From an uncultured Acetatifactor sp. (GTDB lineage: Bacteria > Bacillota > Clostridia > Lachnospirales > Lachnospiraceae), in NCBI GenBank assembly GCA_947581865.1, contig CANPWA010000009.1, forward strand, positions 24,706 through 88,705: 64,000 bases of DNA. The letters are read 5' to 3'. Position 1 is the first letter of the stretch, and each line of letters opens with the position of its first letter. Shown piece after piece: positions 61,523 through 64,000 of this stretch. The notes below the pieces were generated by a model. It saw only the letters and a list, made by a program, of their open reading frames with translations. It was not told where the DNA came from and made no database searches. The translations under genes and the position numbers were made by a program.

Positions 61523-62588
61523 AAATGTACTTTAATCCATCACGCATATACTCCAAAAGAACATTATAATTATTACGATAATTAAGGATATAGCTGTTTT
61601 CCGTAGTGGAAATCTCACTATGTCCAACAAGATCAGAGATCACACGCGTGGGTACTCCACTGAAATGCAACTTCGTCACAAAGGACTTGCGTATAAGATG
61701 CGAATTGAAAACGGGCACATTACACAGTTTACAAAGGTTACACAAAGTACGCTCCAGTGATGTATAAAGCACTATATCCGTACCGTCATACGCAAGATAG
61801 GGACTATCCCATTTCTTTAAATCATGGTAATGCTTAATCTTCTCATAGATCAGCTTTACTTCCGGCAAAAGCGGTATTTCACGGACAGAATACACTGTTT
61901 TTACTGAATCCATGACACGATACACCATTACACCAAGTTTGGAGCCGTCCTCAAGCCGTTCATAAAACTTTGCCTGGGTCTTATAAATCTTGACAACATT
62001 CCGCTCAAAATCAAAGTCATCAAAAGTAAGTGCTGCCAACTCACCAACGCGCAACCCAAGATAAAAATTCATGCACAGGCAGAGGGACGCACACCGCTTA
62101 TCAGGATAAATGTTATAATTGACCACATTATCAATAATACGGGCAATATCATCATCCTTTAAGGCATATTCCTGTTTCACATCTTTTTCCAGTTTATCCA
62201 CAGGAAGATAACGCTTAATGCGATCCCAATCATACAGACGGACACCGCCGCATTTCAGATCACGCATATAGACAAGAACATTATTGACGATCTGCAATAT
62301 ACGGAGATATTCCTTATATGTAACAGACGGATAACGGACGATACATTCCTTAAGATAGCTGATTATATCATCCTCACTAATTTTTGAAATACACTTATCA
62401 AAAAGGGAACTGCATTCATAGTAGCGTTTCCAGGTACACTCGATTCGATCAAGAGTCTGCGGCTTGACTATAAGACGCTTCATGCAAAACCACTGTCTAA
62501 AAGCCACATAAAAGGGAATCTCCTCAAAAGAATCCATATCAATGATATGCTTATCATATCCAATCTCCAACCATTCCTGTTGTGTCAC
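61521..62588 (-). CDS. int: tyrosine site-specific recombinase (phage integrase family)
   Basis: Catalytic signature: Arg in YLGLRVGELAAL, H-x-x-R in SHLIRKSF, and H...Y in LVGHSEISTTENSY. GTG start at 62588 preceded by AGAGGTGA. The stop lies 37 nt from the tRNA-Gly 3' end. Confidence 0.9.
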   Translation of the reverse strand: MTQQEWLEIGYDKHIIDMDSFEEIPFYVAFRQWFCMKRLIVKPQTLDRIECTWKRYYECSSLFDKCISKISEDDIISYLKECIVRYPSVTYKEYLRILQIVNNVLVYMRDLKCGGVRLYDWDRIKRYLPVDKLEKDVKQEYALKDDDIARIIDNVVNYNIYPDKRCASLCLCMNFYLGLRVGELAALTFDDFDFERNVVKIYKTQAKFYERLEDGSKLGVMVYRVMDSVKTVYSVREIPLLPEVKLIYEKIKHYHDLKKWDSPYLAYDGTDIVLYTSLERTLCNLCKLCNVPVFNSHLIRKSFVTKLHFSGVPTRVISDLVGHSEISTTENSYILNYRNNYNVLLEYMRDGLKYI

Positions 62589-62601
62589 ACAATCACCTCT
62601 T

Positions 62602-63507
62602 TCATTTTTTTAACCTTTTCATACGTTGAAGAAAACGCCTAGACGGTCTTGAAATACTCTGCGCATCAGAAGGAGTATTCTGCTGTAGCGCAAGAATATC
62701 ACTTTCAGAAAGCATATCACCCTCACGGCAGGACTTGCCAAGGCTATCCACACAAGCAAGCGTATCATATGCCGCATAATCCTTATCACGGATAAACCAG
62801 CCAAACCGAGCAAGCGGCTTTACATCCAGCGGATTATATGTATTCTCCAGCTCATAAGCATCATACTTTGCCTGAACCATAACGCGCCAGCACTTCCTGC
62901 AGGAAATGACATAGCTTGTCACCTGACGCAAGAGAGCATCAACGTGGTTAAAACGCTGGGACGTATAAAAAAAACTGATATGGTGGTGCCGACAGGTAAG
63001 CAAAGTATTTAAAAACAAAGGATCGATATTGGACTTAAAAGAGCGGCTATTAAGCTGTACGGAAAACTCATCACCAAGCACCAAATGGACAGTAAGAGTA
63101 TCATCCTTCTCATCAATATCACGATACCGCTCTGCAACAGAAACAAGCTGAGAAAGAGACACAAAACGCTCATAAGGAACACCAATGAGATCAACATTAG
63201 ATATTATATGAACTTTCTGCGTCACCCATTTTTTACGGAATGGATCGTATACTTTCAAATCATTATAACGGCGATAATATCCCTGCAATATCTCATGAAC
63301 AACCGAAAGGGTTTTACCTTTACCAAAAAGCCCAATGTAACAAACAATAACGCCTGTGCGGCAATTCCTCCATTTTTTATAACGGAAATAATCCAAGGCA
63401 TCCTTTAAAAAATAGCCGGCAGTGGCGAAAGGATGAAGCAATACCACACGGAAAGAAACCGAAAAGAACAATGCGATCATTAAAATTGCAAAAACAAAAA
63501 TAATCAT
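62602..63507 (-). CDS. Zot / inovirus pI-like P-loop assembly ATPase with N-terminal membrane anchor
   Basis: Hydrophobic N-terminus MIIFVFAILMIALFFSVSF. Walker A GLFGKGKT, IISNVDL and Walker-B-like VHLVLGDEF. The block CRHHHISFFYTSQRFNHVD parallels the RH.G.D....TQ block of the Zot family (PF05707, as I recall it). Confidence 0.75.
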   Translation of the reverse strand: MIIFVFAILMIALFFSVSFRVVLLHPFATAGYFLKDALDYFRYKKWRNCRTGVIVCYIGLFGKGKTLSVVHEILQGYYRRYNDLKVYDPFRKKWVTQKVHIISNVDLIGVPYERFVSLSQLVSVAERYRDIDEKDDTLTVHLVLGDEFSVQLNSRSFKSNIDPLFLNTLLTCRHHHISFFYTSQRFNHVDALLRQVTSYVISCRKCWRVMVQAKYDAYELENTYNPLDVKPLARFGWFIRDKDYAAYDTLACVDSLGKSCREGDMLSESDILALQQNTPSDAQSISRPSRRFLQRMKRLKK

Positions 63508-63686
63508 CTTCGCACCTCACTTATCTGTCTCACAAAACTGAAACATATGCCTACCGTAAAGCGGATAAACTCCAACCCGGCGCACAGACTGCACAACCAG
63601 TACATGAACGTAGGAAAATCCGTAGGGACAGAAGAAATTCCAAAAAAATCCAACATCTGAAAAATAACACCACTCATTGCAATCAC
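63504..63686 (-). CDS. 60-aa hydrophobic protein (pVI-like position)
   Basis: GTG start overlaps the upstream stop (GTGA), and its stop overlaps the ATPase start (ATGA). Two hydrophobic stretches. Coding is inferred from the coupling and the position between the coat-like gene and the ATPase. Confidence 0.5.
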   Translation of the reverse strand: MIAMSGVIFQMLDFFGISSVPTDFPTFMYWLCSLCAGLEFIRFTVGICFSFVRQISEVRR

Positions 63687-64000
63687 CTCTTTCTCAACAA
63701 TAAAGTTTGAAAAACAAGAGCAACCAGTATCAAAAGTAACAACCCATCCGTTACTCCATAATCAGCAATATCCGATTCCCAAAGGGGAACAACATCAGGA
63801 GGCGATACGCTATAGACAACGGACATAAATACAGGAGCATCACCATCGGAGACTGCTACAGGAGCATCACCGTCAGAGACTGCTACAGGAGCATCACCAT
63901 CAGAGACTGCTACAGGAGCATCACCGTCAGAAACTGCTACCGGAATATCAGAAGCACCGTTTTCAGAAGATGGTACATCATCCAAAACAAACGGTTCAGT
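63683..64000 (-). CDS. acidic repeat protein with C-terminal TM helix and basic tail (inovirus coat/adsorption-protein-like); 5' end possibly outside the window
   Basis: The track ORF 63683..63985 starts at a TTG, but the frame stays open to the window edge. Four VAVSDGDAP repeats are followed by the GLLLLILVALVFQTLLL anchor and RKR. Confidence 0.55.
   Translation of the reverse strand, partial: TEPFVLDDVPSSENGASDIPVAVSDGDAPVAVSDGDAPVAVSDGDAPVAVSDGDAPVFMSVVYSVSPPDVVPLWESDIADYGVTDGLLLLILVALVFQTLLLRKR
63831..63938 (-). repeat. 27-bp tandem repeat x4 inside the coat-like gene
   Basis: Units ACAGGAGCATCACC(A/G)TC(G/A)GA(G/A)ACTGCT start at 63831, 63858, 63885 and 63912. All differences between units are synonymous in the minus-strand reading frame. 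Confidence 0.9.

Larger units (their letters stand above)
61484..64000 (-). mobile_element. left end of an integrated inovirus-like (filamentous-phage-like) element at tRNA-Gly; continues beyond the window
   Basis: There is an abrupt, visible switch to AT-rich DNA right after the tRNA. A tyrosine integrase abuts the tRNA 3' end. Upstream of it sit a Zot/pI-like ATPase and two small membrane proteins, tightly packed with overlapping stop/start codons. Confidence 0.65.

Overview
This 64-kb window is a chromosomal segment from a moderately GC-rich Firmicute. Gene content and order look Clostridia/Lachnospiraceae-like, but that is inference only. Nearly all real genes are on the + strand and most are housekeeping. 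They include dxr-rseP, the rimP-nusA-ylxR-ylxQ-infB-rbfA-nrnA-truB-ribF block, rpsO-pnp, nrdDG, feoA-feoA-feoB, eno, a FucO-like alcohol dehydrogenase and citrate synthase. They also include rho, rpmE, DUF1385-prmC-prfA, a Thr-specific T-box leader with thrS, and infC-rpmI-rplT. Accessory genes are interspersed among them. A PP2C-like/Hanks kinase fusion, a BlaI/BlaR1-like pair and a Glu-rich protein sit where Bacillus has proS-polC. Others are a Na/Pi transporter, an SH3+NlpC/P60 hydrolase, a PfkB sugar kinase, a 1114-aa secreted protein and envelope-glycosylation-type membrane proteins (GT-C-like, YfhO, GT2, PAP2). The rest are an Mbeg1/DUF2974 hydrolase, a C26 amidotransferase, DUF1653, a 5'-nucleotidase, an SfsA-MutY fusion, an orphan hybrid histidine kinase, a CarD-like regulator and DUF1540. 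The last ~2.5 kb is different. Directly after a solitary tRNA-Gly(CCC) the sequence becomes visibly AT-rich. On the - strand it carries a tyrosine integrase, a Zot/pI-like P-loop ATPase and two small membrane proteins in the pIII-pVI-pI order of inoviruses. I read this as the left end of an integrated filamentous-phage-like element that runs off the window; it is the most interesting feature here. Other second-look items are the SfsA-MutY fusion, the pseudo-phosphatase/kinase fusion, a perfect 24-bp palindrome over the feo promoter, and a decayed acyl-CoA synthetase remnant beside the tRNA. I saw no CRISPR array, rRNA gene or transposase. All calls come from reading the translated ORFs and the DNA by eye; no database search was run.
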